From: Chiloscyllium plagiosum
Taxonomy: Eukaryota
Length of the DNA: 64,000 nucleotides
Assembly (NCBI RefSeq): GCF_004010195.1
Contig: NC_057750.1
Span: forward strand, 254,734 to 318,733
Reading direction: 5' to 3'
Shown: piece by piece, positions 36,731-48,824 of the stretch
Layout of the letters: each line of letters begins with the position of its first letter
How positions within the stretch are numbered: the first letter of the stretch is position 1
Translations under genes and position numbers: made by a program
The notes under the pieces: generated by a model
What the model was told of the DNA's origin: nothing
What the model saw: the letters and a program-made list of their open reading frames with translations, nothing else
The model's database searches: none

Positions 36731-37069
36731 AGACTGAATGGATGATGGCAGCTAATTTGTTGCCTGTTAATTATTAGTCGAGCTCTGACTGTTTTGAGAC
36801 AAGATGAGCCTGGGGAACCTCTTCACTGACATGGCCATTGCAACGTGTCCTAGGGACAGGAGAAGAGCAAGAGAAGGGTTACAGGTGAAGAGAGGGAGCG
36901 AGAGGAGAAGAGGAAGAGATGGGGTAAAGAGGATCTGGAGAAGGTTGGGGAGAGAAGACATGGAAAGGGAAGGTGAGGGGAGTGATGTTGAAATAGCATT
37001 TCACCCTAAACATACAGACCCATCAGGTTCAAATCATTGAATTAGAGCATATGGTGGATGAACTTGAGG

Positions 37070-37333
37070 ATTGTGTGGAGTTTGTGCATTCCCCCCACGT
37101 CTGCGTGGGTTTCCTTTGTGTGCTCCAGTTTCCTCCCACAGTCCAAAATGGGCAGGTTAGGGTGGATTGACCATGCTAAATTGCCCATAGTGTCCAGAGA
37201 TGTGTAGGCTAGATGGGTTAGCCATGGGAAATGCAGGGTTATGGGGATAGGGTGGCTGCACTTTGGAGGGTCAGTGTGGACTCAGTACGCTGAATGTCCT
37301 TCTTCTGCACTGTGGATATTTTATGATTCTGTG
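37070..37333 (+). mobile_element. HE1-type SINE, 5'-truncated
   Basis: tgtgtggagtttg...gtttcctcccacagtccaaaa...ccatgctaaattgccc. Confidence 0.85.
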
Positions 37334-38423
37334 ATTGAGAATGGAATTATCAAGGCACAATGCAGATTGAAGCCACAATTATCACAAGGCTGCTGCAACT
37401 GTAGATTATCTGAAAGAATGAGATTGAACTTTCTCTCTCTAAGCCAGACATCTCCCAAGAAACGAGCAAGCAAGGGTGCCTTAAGCTGTTTTAATTGTGA
37501 AACAAGCTGATTGGGTCAATATCCATCATGTAGTTAATCCTTTGTCTTTTTGATTAAATTTCTCTGTTGGAAATTCTTGATTTTCATTTTAAAATGATTG
37601 GTTTAACAGGGGCAAGGAGAGAGAAAATTCTGTGTCACTTCACAGCCAGCTGGAAATGGTTTCAGGGAGATGTTAAAGACTGGTCTCACTCTCTTTCAGC
37701 CAGGGTTACATCAGCAGTGGACATTGGGCCAATTCCTTTCTTCCTGCCAATTGCTTGTCCAGCTCCTGAGGATAAAACGAGACTTTGCAATTTCAGAAAC
37801 CGAATGCATTCATGTGAAATTCTGATCTTGGATATTCACTGCGCTGTTCTACGATGGAGAAATAGTGCGGCAACTCATGGTGTGACTAACAACTTTAGGA
37901 TGGGTGATGCTTGGATCATAAACTGCTTTAAGTGGGCAACAGGAGTAAAATATTCCCCTGGATTCTCATGTGCTGCTGAACATTGGCTTGTCTCAGTCAG
38001 TGATGTGTTTGGAGCTCAGCCCAAGGCTTGGAGTGCAGGTTTCTGGCAATTCTGAGGACTTGTCTGCTGCTTTTCTTCAAGGAGGTGTTTAATTTCACAC
38101 CATTCTAATTTAAACAGCTCTGATGGGACTGATGAGCCAATATGCCAAGTAGCCTGGTGCCATTTTGGAGCCATCCTCCGTGGGGAACAAACTATTTAGT
38201 TTCGCAACATGCAATGTTATCAGTTGGTTCACTTCCAAATTCATTTCCAATACTAAACAGTCTGTCACATTAAAACCCTGGTGGATAAAATCATCTTCTT
38301 TTCAATCCCTTTATGAAATGTGGGTGGATTCGGGACGATAACTAGAATCACTCCCTTTGCTTCAACTAATGCCTCTTAAATGCATGTGGCAAGTGCCCAC
38401 GGAGTGTGCCTGAGATGTTAGAC

Positions 38424-38754
38424 TAGAATCCCTACAGTGTGGAAGCAGGCCATTCCACCCATTATGTCCACACTGACCCTCTGAAGAGCATCCCACCCAA
38501 TCCCTGTAACCCTGCATTTCCCATGGCTAATCCACCTAACCTGCACATCCCTGGACTGTACGAGCAATTTAGCATGGCCCATCCACCTAGCCTGCATATC
38601 TTTGGACAGTGGGAGGAAACCAGAGCACCTGGAGGAAACCCACACAGACATGGAGAGAATGTGCAAATGCTACACAGTCACCTGAGGGCGGAATTGAACT
38701 CAGGTCCCTGGCACTGAGAGGCTGCAGTGCTAACCAATGAGTCACTGTGCCACC
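38424..38754 (-). mobile_element. HE1-type SINE, near full length
   Basis: Reverse of the head (gggtggcacagtgactca, gagttcaattcc) and the HE1 body; tail tagaatccctacagtgtggaa. Confidence 0.88.
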
Positions 38755-38804
38755 CTACATTACCCACATTGTCCAGGCCCCGATCTGATTCCGCTCTATA
38801 TCGC

Positions 38805-38970
38805 CTCCCACTGTTGCTGTATTAAAATCTGGAATTCCCTCCCTAATGACATTGTGGCTGTAAGTGGTTTAATAAGACAGCTGACCACCACCTTCTCAAG
38901 GGCAGCTAGAGATGGACAATAAATGTTGGCCCAGCCACTGACATCCCACATCCCATGAATGAATTAAAAA
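38805..38970 (+). mobile_element. Second-family LINE 3' end
   Basis: KIWNSLPNDIV; accaccaccttctcaagggc...aataaatgttggcc...catcccatgaatgaat. Confidence 0.7.
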
Positions 38971-39404
38971 ATGACTGATTTTCATCAGCTTAGAATTCCT
39001 TTGCTTGTCCTTGAAGTTGATCGTGTTCAATCTCAACCATCATAGGATTTTACCAGAGCAGCAATAACTGATGGAACAGGTGATGTAAAACAGCTGATGA
39101 CACTCACAGAGGCCAGTAACATTTTATAGTTGGCCTAATTAGGTAAGATTTTCAGACACTAGACATTTCAATCAGTTAGGTGATTAATATGTGATAAAAA
39201 ACATTCTGGGAAACTTTGAATGATGGAATTGATTAGTCTGTTGTGTAAAAATGACCGAACAATCATTTTGTTAATGAAATGATAAACCATCTGGTTGTAA
39301 ACGTCTTCACAGAGAGCAGGCAAGCTGATGTACGCAGTGAATAAAACTTCGCTCCTCTCTTCGACTAATCAGTGTGTCCTCTGCTTCCAACAAGGTTTAA
39401 ACAG

Positions 39405-39598
39405 CCCAGGTTAGGGTTCAAGCCCCAGGTTAGGGTTCACACACTAGGTTAGAGTTCACACCCCGGGTTAGAGTTCATGCCCCAGGTTAGGATCCATGCC
39501 CTGGGTTAGAATTCACGCCCTGGGTTAGGGTCACACCTGGGTTAGGGTCTACGCCCCCTAAGTTAGGGTCCACACCCCTGATTAGTATCCATGCCCCC
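39405..39598. repeat. ~19-bp minisatellite x10 with a GGTTAGGG core
   Basis: GGTTAG recurs at 39409, 39428, 39447, 39466, 39485, 39504, 39523, 39540, then variants at ~39561 and ~39580. Confidence 0.9.
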
Positions 39599-40437
39599 AC
39601 AGATTTCAATCCATTTTCCTGTCCAATCTTTGCCTGGAATGAGTGGAAGAGAAAATCCTCAGGAAGCTGCCAGGAACGCAGTCAATGTGTCACTGTTGGG
39701 GATACTGGGGGCTGATTATTGTTTGAACCAAGGGAAGTTCAGGATGAGACGGAAACCTTCCCTTTGTAAATGAACTTGAATCAGTTGCTTGTTCAATATT
39801 ACCACTGCAAATGATCATCCCACCATCATTGATCGCTCTGCTTTTTGAAACTTTATCAATACTAATAAGAAATGTAATGACAGATTCCTAACACGAAGCA
39901 GCTTGAACCATGACAATCTATTTAATTCCTTCCTTTTTGATCAGTGCTGGAATTTAAAAAGATAAAGTCTATAGTGAGCAAGATTGCTGTGACCATTGTT
40001 CCTGTTCCCATCACAAACTCACCCCAGCAACCAGCCTTCCAGCTCTGTGTGTTTATTCACATCTGATCCTCGAATGTGAAAGGGCTCATTTCTCAAACCA
40101 CCTTCCCACATGGAGCCTCTCCTGCCCCAGGCAGACATCAGGTACACTGTGGGGAAATCTGGCCCATCAGGTTAGACTGGAAGTGGGCTAATGTGGGACA
40201 AGGACTGATGGTCTGTACCCTGGGGAAGTAGGGGCTCTATGTCGTGCCTTGTTATCAGAGAAATTAAAACACTATTCTGTCATTTCCATAATAATCCATA
40301 CAGGCCTTACTGAAGATTTTATCTGATACCACATTAATTTCTTTCACAGCAAGACTGATCCAAGAATCCACTTGGAGGTGCAGACAATTTTAATTCCAAT
40401 TCTTACCATGTACTCTGATTATTCAACAAGAAAAATA

Positions 40438-41070
40438 TGCATTTATATAGTGCCTTTTACAATTTTATTGGATCATAAAGCACTGTACAGTCAACAAAAT
40501 ATTTTGAAAAGTACTCAACTGCTGTAACATAGGAAGCACAGTAGCCAATTTGTGCACAGTAAGCTCTCACAAATAGCAATGTGGTTACTACCAAAGAATC
40601 TGTTTCTGTGACATTGACTAGGGGATAAACATGGGTCGGGACATTGAGGATAATGCTCCCAACCCTGGAATTCTTCAAAATAGCATCTCAGGCACTTTCA
40701 GGTCCACCCTCTAGGGCAGTGGAGCCTCCGTTTATATCATAGGACTATAAAACTTAGGAGCAGAAATTAGGCCATTCAGCCCATTGAGTCTCTTTGCCAT
40801 TCAATCATGGCTCATAAGTTTGTCAACCCCGTTCTCCTGCCTTCTCCCTGTAACCCTTGATCCCCTTGATACTCAAGAACCTGTCTGTCTCAGTCCTAAA
40901 TGTACTCAGTGACCTGGCCTCCACAGCCTCCTGTGGTAATGTTTTAAAATCTCATCCAACAGTGCAGCAGTCTGTTGGTATCATACTGATGTTTTAGCCT
41001 TAATTTCACACCCACGCCCTGGAGTGGAACTTGAACCAGCAAGCTTTAAACACAGAACAAAGGGCACTCA
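40438..41070 (-). mobile_element. DeuSINE (SacSINE1-like), interrupted by a CR1 3' piece at ~40738-40942
   Basis: gcatttatatagtgcctttt tail; agccaatttgtgcacagtaagctctcacaaatagcaatgtg; gggataaac...; tRNA-like head ggagtggaacttgaacc. Confidence 0.72.
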
Positions 41071-41404
41071 GTCATAGTCAAATACTTTGTAAACATGACT
41101 TAATACTAACCAAAGCCAGCTGTAGTGATTAACCAGCACTGTCTGTAAACAGGGTAGATCATCATTTACTAATAGCCAGGGATAATTGCTATTTACTGCT
41201 GTTTTGATGCACCACATGGTCAAATAACCAGGTATTGTTTGCTGTTGAATCCAATGTATGAATAGTGGGTATATGAATGATGGGCCCAATGGGTTGCTCA
41301 CATTACAGAACTACATGCCAAACTAAGTCAGAACCTTTAGAGGATGTAAGAAACATGGAGGGGTTTTGGGAGGCAAAAAACCCAATGGAATTAATCATTA
41401 CACC

Positions 41405-41850
41405 ATAAGACTAAGAAGATGTAGGCTATTCAGCCCATCGAGTCTACTCCACCACACAATGAGATCTGCTCATCCTCAACTCCACTTTCCTGCCTTTTCC
41501 ATGTAAACCATGTTTCCTTTCCTGATTAAAAACCTACCCCTCCCAGCCTTGAATATACTGAATGCTCCAGCCTCGACAGCTCTCTGCAGTAAAGATTTCC
41601 CTAGATTCACTCCTGTCTGAGAGAAGGCATTCTCTGTCATCTCGGTCGTAAATGGGTGACTCCTTACTTGGGGCAAGACTCTCCGGCAAGGGGAAACAAT
41701 CTTTCTGCATTGACCCTCTCAAATGCCGAGTGAATCTTGTATGTTTCAATAAGGTCACCCCTCATTCCTCTAAACTCTGATGTCTACACGCCCAACAAGC
41801 CCTCAGAAGAAAATCCCTCCAATTTGGGATCATTTCAGTGAACCATCTCT
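41405..41850 (-). mobile_element. CR1 3' fragment
   Basis: Minus ORF NAFSQTGVNLGKSLLQRAVEAG..SIFKA. Confidence 0.8.
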
Positions 41851-42828
41851 GCTAAGTGAATATTTACTGTGGTTGTACAATACCTCCCTGCCAGCTATTC
41901 TAACAGAGATGTTAACTGGATTATTTAAAATGCCTGTAAGATGTTGATGGTGGATCAAACCCACTAAGTGGCTGTCTGATAGGATTGACAAAATACATTA
42001 CCTGGTTTAAATTACTGAGTGCTCTCAGGCCCTCCCTTATTCAACACTTGATCTGGCTCATCACAAGATCAAAAGCATCTGTAGATTGTTCTTCGACACA
42101 AAGCCTGGTGACATCCACTCTGTACCTGTCTGTCAACCCCTGTTTTACCAAGCTGTCATCTCCAAAGATTTCGCAGCAATTGGTCTCAAATAACGATGTG
42201 ATTCTTCAGTTTGAAAGCAATGTAATCATCACTCTGAATAAATCGATTTCACCCACCGCGGTAACAGTTCCTTCAGATTCATTCCTACTTCTGCCTCTCT
42301 GATTAATCTAAACACCTTTTTAATACAAATTAAAATGTGCAAACAATTTTATTTTTTCCTTCCTCTTCACAAGTCTCTCTGTTCAACGGCTGTCATCCGG
42401 AACAACATAATAGCTCTTTGAATTTCTTAAGGATATCGTCACAATAGTCTCAAAGTGCAGCATGAAATATTTATGTTTGAAGCATACGAATATTTATACT
42501 GAAAGATTTTCCTACAGCACTGACCGTAAAGTGGATGGATATTCAGGGCAGAATGTTAGCTGAATATTAGGAAAATTTAAACTAAAGCTCAAATACTGTG
42601 AAGTCCTGCACCGAAAACAGAAAATGATGTATGGTCATGTGAATTAGGAGCAGGAATAGGCAGCTTGGTCCTTTGGGCCTAAACCTGTCTTTCATTACGA
42701 TAATGGCTGTTCTCATTCATCCCCATTCCAGCCTATCCCTGATAGCCTTTTACTCCTTTCCCCACCAATAATCTACTCACCTCTGAGTTAAAAATATTTA
42801 GACTTTGTACTTCCACCCTTTGAGGAAG

Positions 42829-43328
42829 NNNNNNNNNNNNNNNNNNNNNNNNNNNNNNNNNNNNNNNNNNNNNNNNNNNNNNNNNNNNNNNNNNNNNNNN
42901 NNNNNNNNNNNNNNNNNNNNNNNNNNNNNNNNNNNNNNNNNNNNNNNNNNNNNNNNNNNNNNNNNNNNNNNNNNNNNNNNNNNNNNNNNNNNNNNNNNNN
43001 NNNNNNNNNNNNNNNNNNNNNNNNNNNNNNNNNNNNNNNNNNNNNNNNNNNNNNNNNNNNNNNNNNNNNNNNNNNNNNNNNNNNNNNNNNNNNNNNNNNN
43101 NNNNNNNNNNNNNNNNNNNNNNNNNNNNNNNNNNNNNNNNNNNNNNNNNNNNNNNNNNNNNNNNNNNNNNNNNNNNNNNNNNNNNNNNNNNNNNNNNNNN
43201 NNNNNNNNNNNNNNNNNNNNNNNNNNNNNNNNNNNNNNNNNNNNNNNNNNNNNNNNNNNNNNNNNNNNNNNNNNNNNNNNNNNNNNNNNNNNNNNNNNNN
43301 NNNNNNNNNNNNNNNNNNNNNNNNNNNN
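42829..43328. other. Assembly gap (500 N)
   Basis: Round-number N run, so true length and contiguity are uncertain; preceded by a minus CR1 3' end at ~42635-42828. Confidence 0.99.
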
Positions 43329-44066
43329 TGGGACGGAGAAAGAAGCAAAAAGTTCAGTCGAGACAAGATTGTGGATGAGAAACTGGATTGTGAAATCTTG
43401 TGCACTTTGGGGTAAACGATCGGGTGTGGAAACATGGGTTGTTTGCTCCTGTGATCTTTGGCAATTGTCAGAGGCGTCTTACTGTTTAAAATAACTCTTT
43501 ATTTAGACAGCAGCAGTGTGAACTACAATAGGGCGATGATTCAGAGTTTCATGCAATGTGAAGATAGACCAAAGTATTTCATCATTGACCCTTACCACCC
43601 ATTAACAACATGTTAAATAACACTGACAAATGTTCAGCTAAAGCTTTTTCTCTGTATTTACAGAGTTCAGAGAATTCGCAATTATTATAAAATGTTAACA
43701 GCTATTTTTTGAATAAATTTATTGCTGTGTTTTAATATTGTTGAGCATCAGCTAATTTGTTTTTAATAGTTTTGATCTTGTCTGTTTGAGCAGATTAATT
43801 ACTGGGATTGTCCCAATCAGTAAAAATGTCAATCACTGACTCAAGTGTTTAAATTCAGCTCGAATCCACATGTTGAGAATCTCCAACATCCGGCAATGTC
43901 AAATTCCAGCCTGGCTTGTAGTAAAATATGCAATTTGTTCAGCAGAAGCCTGTCGATGATGTGAAGCTCAGGCTGGGCACAGTGTGCTGTGTTCTCAGCC
44001 TCAGGCCCAGATGCCTGCCTCAAGGGAAAGTGATAACAATGGTGCCATTTTCATTAGCATGGAAGT

Positions 44067-45244
44067 GGGAGAGGGGAGTACAGTGACCATGGGAGAGGGG
44101 AGTACAGTGACCATGGGAGAGGGATGTGTGGTGACCATGGGAGAGGGGTGTGTGGTGACCATGGGAGAGGGGAGTACAGTGACCATGGGAGAGGGGTGTG
44201 TGGTGACCATGGGAGAGGGGTGTGTGGTGACCATGGGAGAGGGGTGTGTGGTGACCATGGGAGAGGGGTGTGTGGTGACCATGGGAGAGGGGTGTGTGGT
44301 GACCATGGGAGAGGGGTGTGTGGTGACCATGGGAGAGGGGTGTGTGGTGACCATGGGAGAGGGGTGTGTGGTGACCATGGGAGAGGGGTGTGTGGTGACC
44401 ATGGGAGAGGGGTGTGTGGTGACCATGGGAGAGGGGTGTGTGGTGACCATGGGAGAGGGGTGTGTGGTGACCATGGGAGAGGGGTGTGTGGTGACCATGG
44501 GAGAGGGGTGTGTGGTGACCATGGGAGAGGGGTGTGTGGTGACCATGGGAGAGGGGTGTGTGGTGACCATGGGAGAGGGGTGTGTGGTGACCATGGGAGA
44601 GGGGTGTGTGGTGACCATGGGAGAGGGGTGTGTGGTGACCATGGGAGAGGGGTGTGTGGTGACCATGGGAGAGGGGTGTGTGGTGACCATGGGAGAGGGG
44701 TGTGTGGTGACCATGGGAGAGGGGTGTGTGGTGACCATGGGAGAGGGGTGTGTGGTGACCATGGGAGAGGGGTGTGTGGTGACCATGGGAGAGGGGTGTG
44801 TGGTGACCATGGGAGAGGGGTGTGTGGTGACCATGGGAGAGGGGTGTGTGGTGACCATGGGAGAGGGGTGTGTGGTGACCATGGGAGAGGGGTGTGTGGT
44901 GACCATGGGAGAGGGGTGTGTGGTGACCATGGGAGAGGGGTGTGTGGTGACCATGGGAGAGGGGTGTGTGGTGACCATGGGAGAGGGGTGTGTGGTGACC
45001 ATGGGAGAGGGGTGTGTGGTGACCATGGGAGAGGGGTGTGTGGTGACCATGGGAGAGGGGGTGTGATGGCCATGGGAGAGGGGTGTGCGGTGACCATGGG
45101 AGAGGGGTGTGTGGTGACCATGGGAGAGGGGTGTGCGGTGACCTGGGGAGAGAGGTTTATGGCGACCATGGGAGAGGGGTGTGCGGTGACCTGGGGAGAG
45201 AGGTTTGTGGCGACCATGGGAGAGTGGTGTGCGGTGACCATGGG
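44067..45244. repeat. 24-bp G-rich minisatellite, ~49 copies
   Basis: Unit GGGAGAGGGGTGTGTGGTGACCAT; perfectly homogeneous core ~44187-45060, variant units at both edges. Confidence 0.98.
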
Positions 45245-46017
45245 TTCAGTTGTATCAACACTCTAATTATGCTGTTGGAACTCAGACTCATCTCATTGTG
45301 TAGTCTTGGTCATCACATGCCTGTAAAATATTCACGAGGTGGGTATCTGGCCTTAACTGGAGACAGCTGTGTCAGGATCACACGTTGTGGATTAGCGATC
45401 ACAAACCCATGGCCTTAAAGACAATAGTGTAAACTGGGGACCTTAGGAATTGGATTGGGAATCTGGGACTTGAGTCCCACTCACTGTTTCTATCTCTCTG
45501 ACTCCGGGTGAAACAAATCAATCAAGATGTAGGAAGACTTTACTGTCTGTATGCATTTTCACTACTCAACTAGAAACCATTCCACCCTTCAACCTAAAAC
45601 TCCTCATCCCCTAAATCCACTGGAGAACCTGAACCACAACCCCAAATTCTTCCCAGTTCACAATCCTCCCGCCACTCCAGAATTCCTCAATTCCCAACCC
45701 CCAGATGGTCTAACATCATGTCTCCCTCGGCAGCTTTGTGAAAATCCGATCAGACCAGACCAGTTGCCTCCATGAAACACAATCCAAGATGTGACCCTCC
45801 CTGTGAAGATAGTGGTCAGGGTGGGTGCTGGGTTTGGAGGCAGGATTTCCAGATTTAGGCCTTTGGATCCATTTTTGACAAACCAGGGAGTTCTGCTTCT
45901 GTATAAAGCCTCCGTCCTGAAATGTCTGTGTGAGATTTCAGCTCCATCAGTTTGTGAGAGTCAGAGATGTTCATCAGTGTGTCTCTCAGTATGAGTCTGC
46001 CACATTCTGGTTGACAT

Positions 46018-46295
46018 CACGGTGGCTCAGTGGTTAGCACTGCTGCCTCACAGGGTCTCAGGTTCGATTCCTGTCTTGGGCGACTGTTTGTGTGGAGTTT
46101 GCACGTTCTCCCTGTGCCTGCGTGGGCTTGCTCTGGTTTCCTCCCACAGTCCAAAGATGTGCAGGTCAGGTGAATTGCCCATAGTGTTAGGTACATTAGT
46201 CAGAGGGAAATGGGTCTGGGTGGGTTACTCTTCAGAGGGTCGTTGTTGACTGGTTGGACTGAAGGGCCTATTTCCACACTGTAGGGAATCCAATC
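46018..46295 (+). mobile_element. HE1-type SINE with tRNA-derived head
   Basis: cacggtggctcagtggttagcactgctgcctcacag...ggttcgattcc; tail ttccacactgtagggaatc. Confidence 0.88.
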
Positions 46296-46906
46296 TAACC
46301 TAATCAGTTACTCATACCTGCCTCCAGTTGTTGGTAAGCAGATAATTGATCATACTAGTTGCCTGAGAGCAGGTTTTAATTGCGTTTGTGGATTTTAATT
46401 TGCTCTAATTCTTCTTTTCTCTCCTGAAGGTAGGTAACTGATAATCACCGCATTCATTCAAATAAGTTGCTGCTTCATCTCCTGAAATATAAAAGACAAA
46501 TATCACAGAAATCTGAAATAAGAAAAGAGAAAATGGAACAAAGGCTCAGCAGGTGGTGCAGAGAGAGTAACCGTTAATGGGAGGAAGCTGATATCTTTTG
46601 GCTAAGCGTGATTTATTTTATGGAGGGATTGTCACCGTGGGGCCCAGGTAGATTTCTTGCCATATCTTATAAGCCTCACCTCATTAACTACCTATCCTCC
46701 CCTACAGAATCTCTCATATCCGATTCTACCTCCATCTTACCACGCACTGTTCCTGAGGCAACTCACCACTCAGCAAGTATCTGCTGAAACACCAGTACCT
46801 CTGGAGCTCACACCATTGTGAAGACAACCGTGCAGTGGCATTCTGAAGTTGCCCTACAGACACAGACCAAGTGTGGACACGTAGAGGAGGGAACGGTGGT
46901 GCTACC

Positions 46907-47032
46907 ACTCTCCGGGAGGTCCTAGTCAAGAGGGGGCTACAGAAGAGGGGTGTCCTCTTCCTGGAGGACACACAGAGGAAGCCACATCACCAGACCCTGG
47001 CTGTCCGATCTGAGGTTACCACCCAGGTCAGT
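46907..47032 (+). pseudogene. Possible Harbinger-transposon Myb/SANT (MSANTD/NAIF1-like) relic
   Basis: Reads TLREVLVKRGLQKRGVLFLEDTQRKPHHQTLAVRSEVTTQVS, like the LEVLV...RR.VLF......AW.EVA..VS helix pattern; the conserved W is lost. Confidence 0.45.
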
Positions 47033-47120
47033 GACTGAGAGACAGGAAGCATCAGGAAGTGTACCAGAGAGAGGGAGCACTGAAAGGGTGTGTCAGTGAG
47101 AGAGAGAGAGAGAGGGGGGG

Positions 47121-47164
<44 letters not shown>

Positions 47165-47500
47165 GAAACAGAGAGAGACAGCACACTGAGTTGTGTCAGT
47201 GAGAGTGTGTGTGAGAGAGAGAGGAAGAAAGAGTGTGTATTGGGGCTTTGTCTGTGAGAGCGAGCACAGGGGGTGTTTCAGTGAGAGAGCAAGAGCACTG
47301 GGGACATGAGACTGAGAGAGAGAGGGCACAGGGGATGTGAGACTGAGAGAGAGGGCACGGGGGATGTGAGACTGAGAGAGAGAGGGCACGGGGGATGTGA
47401 GCCTGAGAGAGAGAGAGGGCACGGGGGATGTGAGACTGAGAGAGAGAGGGCATTGGCGGTATGAGACTGAGCGAGAGAGGGAACAAGGGATGTGTGTGTT
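47033..47500. repeat. AG/GT microsatellites plus a ~30-bp minisatellite
   Basis: (GA)n, (GT)n and about 5-6 copies of gagactgagagagagagggcacgggggatgt at ~47300-47490. Confidence 0.9.
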
Positions 47501-48258
47501 GCTGGCGTCCATCGGTTATGCCCTAAGATGCTTTTTGATTCTGAGCAATGAACAGGTTCCTCACAGTTAGTGGAAGATGAAGTCAGCAAGTACCTGCTCA
47601 GGCTGTGAGCTCGAGAATTCTCAAGGTGAAGTTGTTAGACAGGTTTGGTAAAGTGGAAAGCTGAATATTAGTGAGGAGAGGTTGTTGTATTAACAAGGCT
47701 CTTAACAACTAATAATTCCCCTTAATTGACAACTAGTGAAAATCATCTCACTGTAAAAGCAATGCCCGTATCTTTGAGCTAGGATGCCTGGGTTCAAGAG
47801 CCAACTGCTGCAGAGGTGTGAAATAACATCCCTGAACAAACTGATTAAAATTATCTCAAAGATGGAGGGTGTTGCCCTGACGTTGAGATGACCATCACTG
47901 GTCTTTCCTAATTGTGCCATAAATCCCTCCATAACCCACATTACTGAGACTCCTGTGAGGTCCGATCCAGTGTTTAGACAGCGCGGTAATGCAAGGTTAG
48001 CAGGCTGAAATATCGAGTCTGCTTCTGCCCTGAAAGCAGCTGCCAGACCTGCTGAGTTTTTCCACCAGTTTCTGAACATGTCCTGGTGCTGAGTCCTTAG
48101 CTACTAAAGCCTCATCATTAGCTTGTGCAGTCTGTAAGAACCAGGACTCTGAGTGATAATGGCTTACCCATGAATTGGATCTTCTTCAGGATGTGATTGA
48201 CAGCTGTAAAGCTGGTTGGCCAGCCCAAGCTCAAAGGAGAGTTCAGAGCAGGATTTAT

Positions 48259-48484
48259 GGTTTAGGATGTAGGTTTGCTCGCTGAGCTGTAGGTTTGATA
48301 TTCAGACGTTTCATTACCTGGCTAGGTAACATCATCAGTGGCGACCTCCAAGTGAAGCGAAGCTGTTGTCTCCTGCTTTCTATTTATATCTTTCTCCTGG
48401 ATGGGGTTCCTGGGGTTTGTGGTGATGTCATTTCCTGTTCGTTTTCTGAGGGGTTGATAGATGGTATCTAGATCTATGTGTTTG
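48259..48484 (-). mobile_element. PLE family B single arm
   Basis: Near-identical to 9706-9925; minus ORF ends NHKHIDLDTIYQPLRKR. Confidence 0.9.
48302..48341 (-). ncRNA. Minimal hammerhead ribozyme motif
   Basis: Reverse strand: cca CTGATGA tgttacct-agcc-aggtaat GAAACGTC tga; intact core and 7-bp stem II. Confidence 0.75.
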
Positions 48485-48824
48485 TGGTTTCGTACCTGCT
48501 CCACACCTCAGTACCCCGGCCTGGGGACTGAGTCCATGTTTTGTGCTCTCCCTATTAGCCTGGCTAAGATCGGAAAGTGAATCTACTTGAGCACCAATCC
48601 CTGCTCAGATCCGCATTTACCAAAACAGCTCTCGTTGTCAGACACCAGTTCCCCTTTGACTTCAGCCTCCTTGTCTGCACAAAACATTTATCTTAAACCA
48701 GTGTTGGCCCTATAACCTAAATTATTGGAATGTTCCATAAGGTTCTGGGCAATTGTTCACTCTCATCAGCTCCACATTCACCAATTAATCACAGGATACA
48801 GCTCCACACCTCAAATAGCCAGCG

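Noticed and set aside
37567..38055. 162-codon non-repeat ORF
   Set aside because: Starts at TTG, has no recognisable domain, is Trp/Cys-rich like random sequence, and has no convincing splice sites. BLASTP or RNA-seq would settle it.
42788..43494. ORFs spanning the N run
   Set aside because: Artefacts of the 500-N gap.
44067..45244. CRISPR array or mucin-like gene
   Set aside because: Units are contiguous with no unique spacers and there are no cas genes. The long ORFs follow automatically from a stop-free 24-bp unit, with no signal peptide or splice support.
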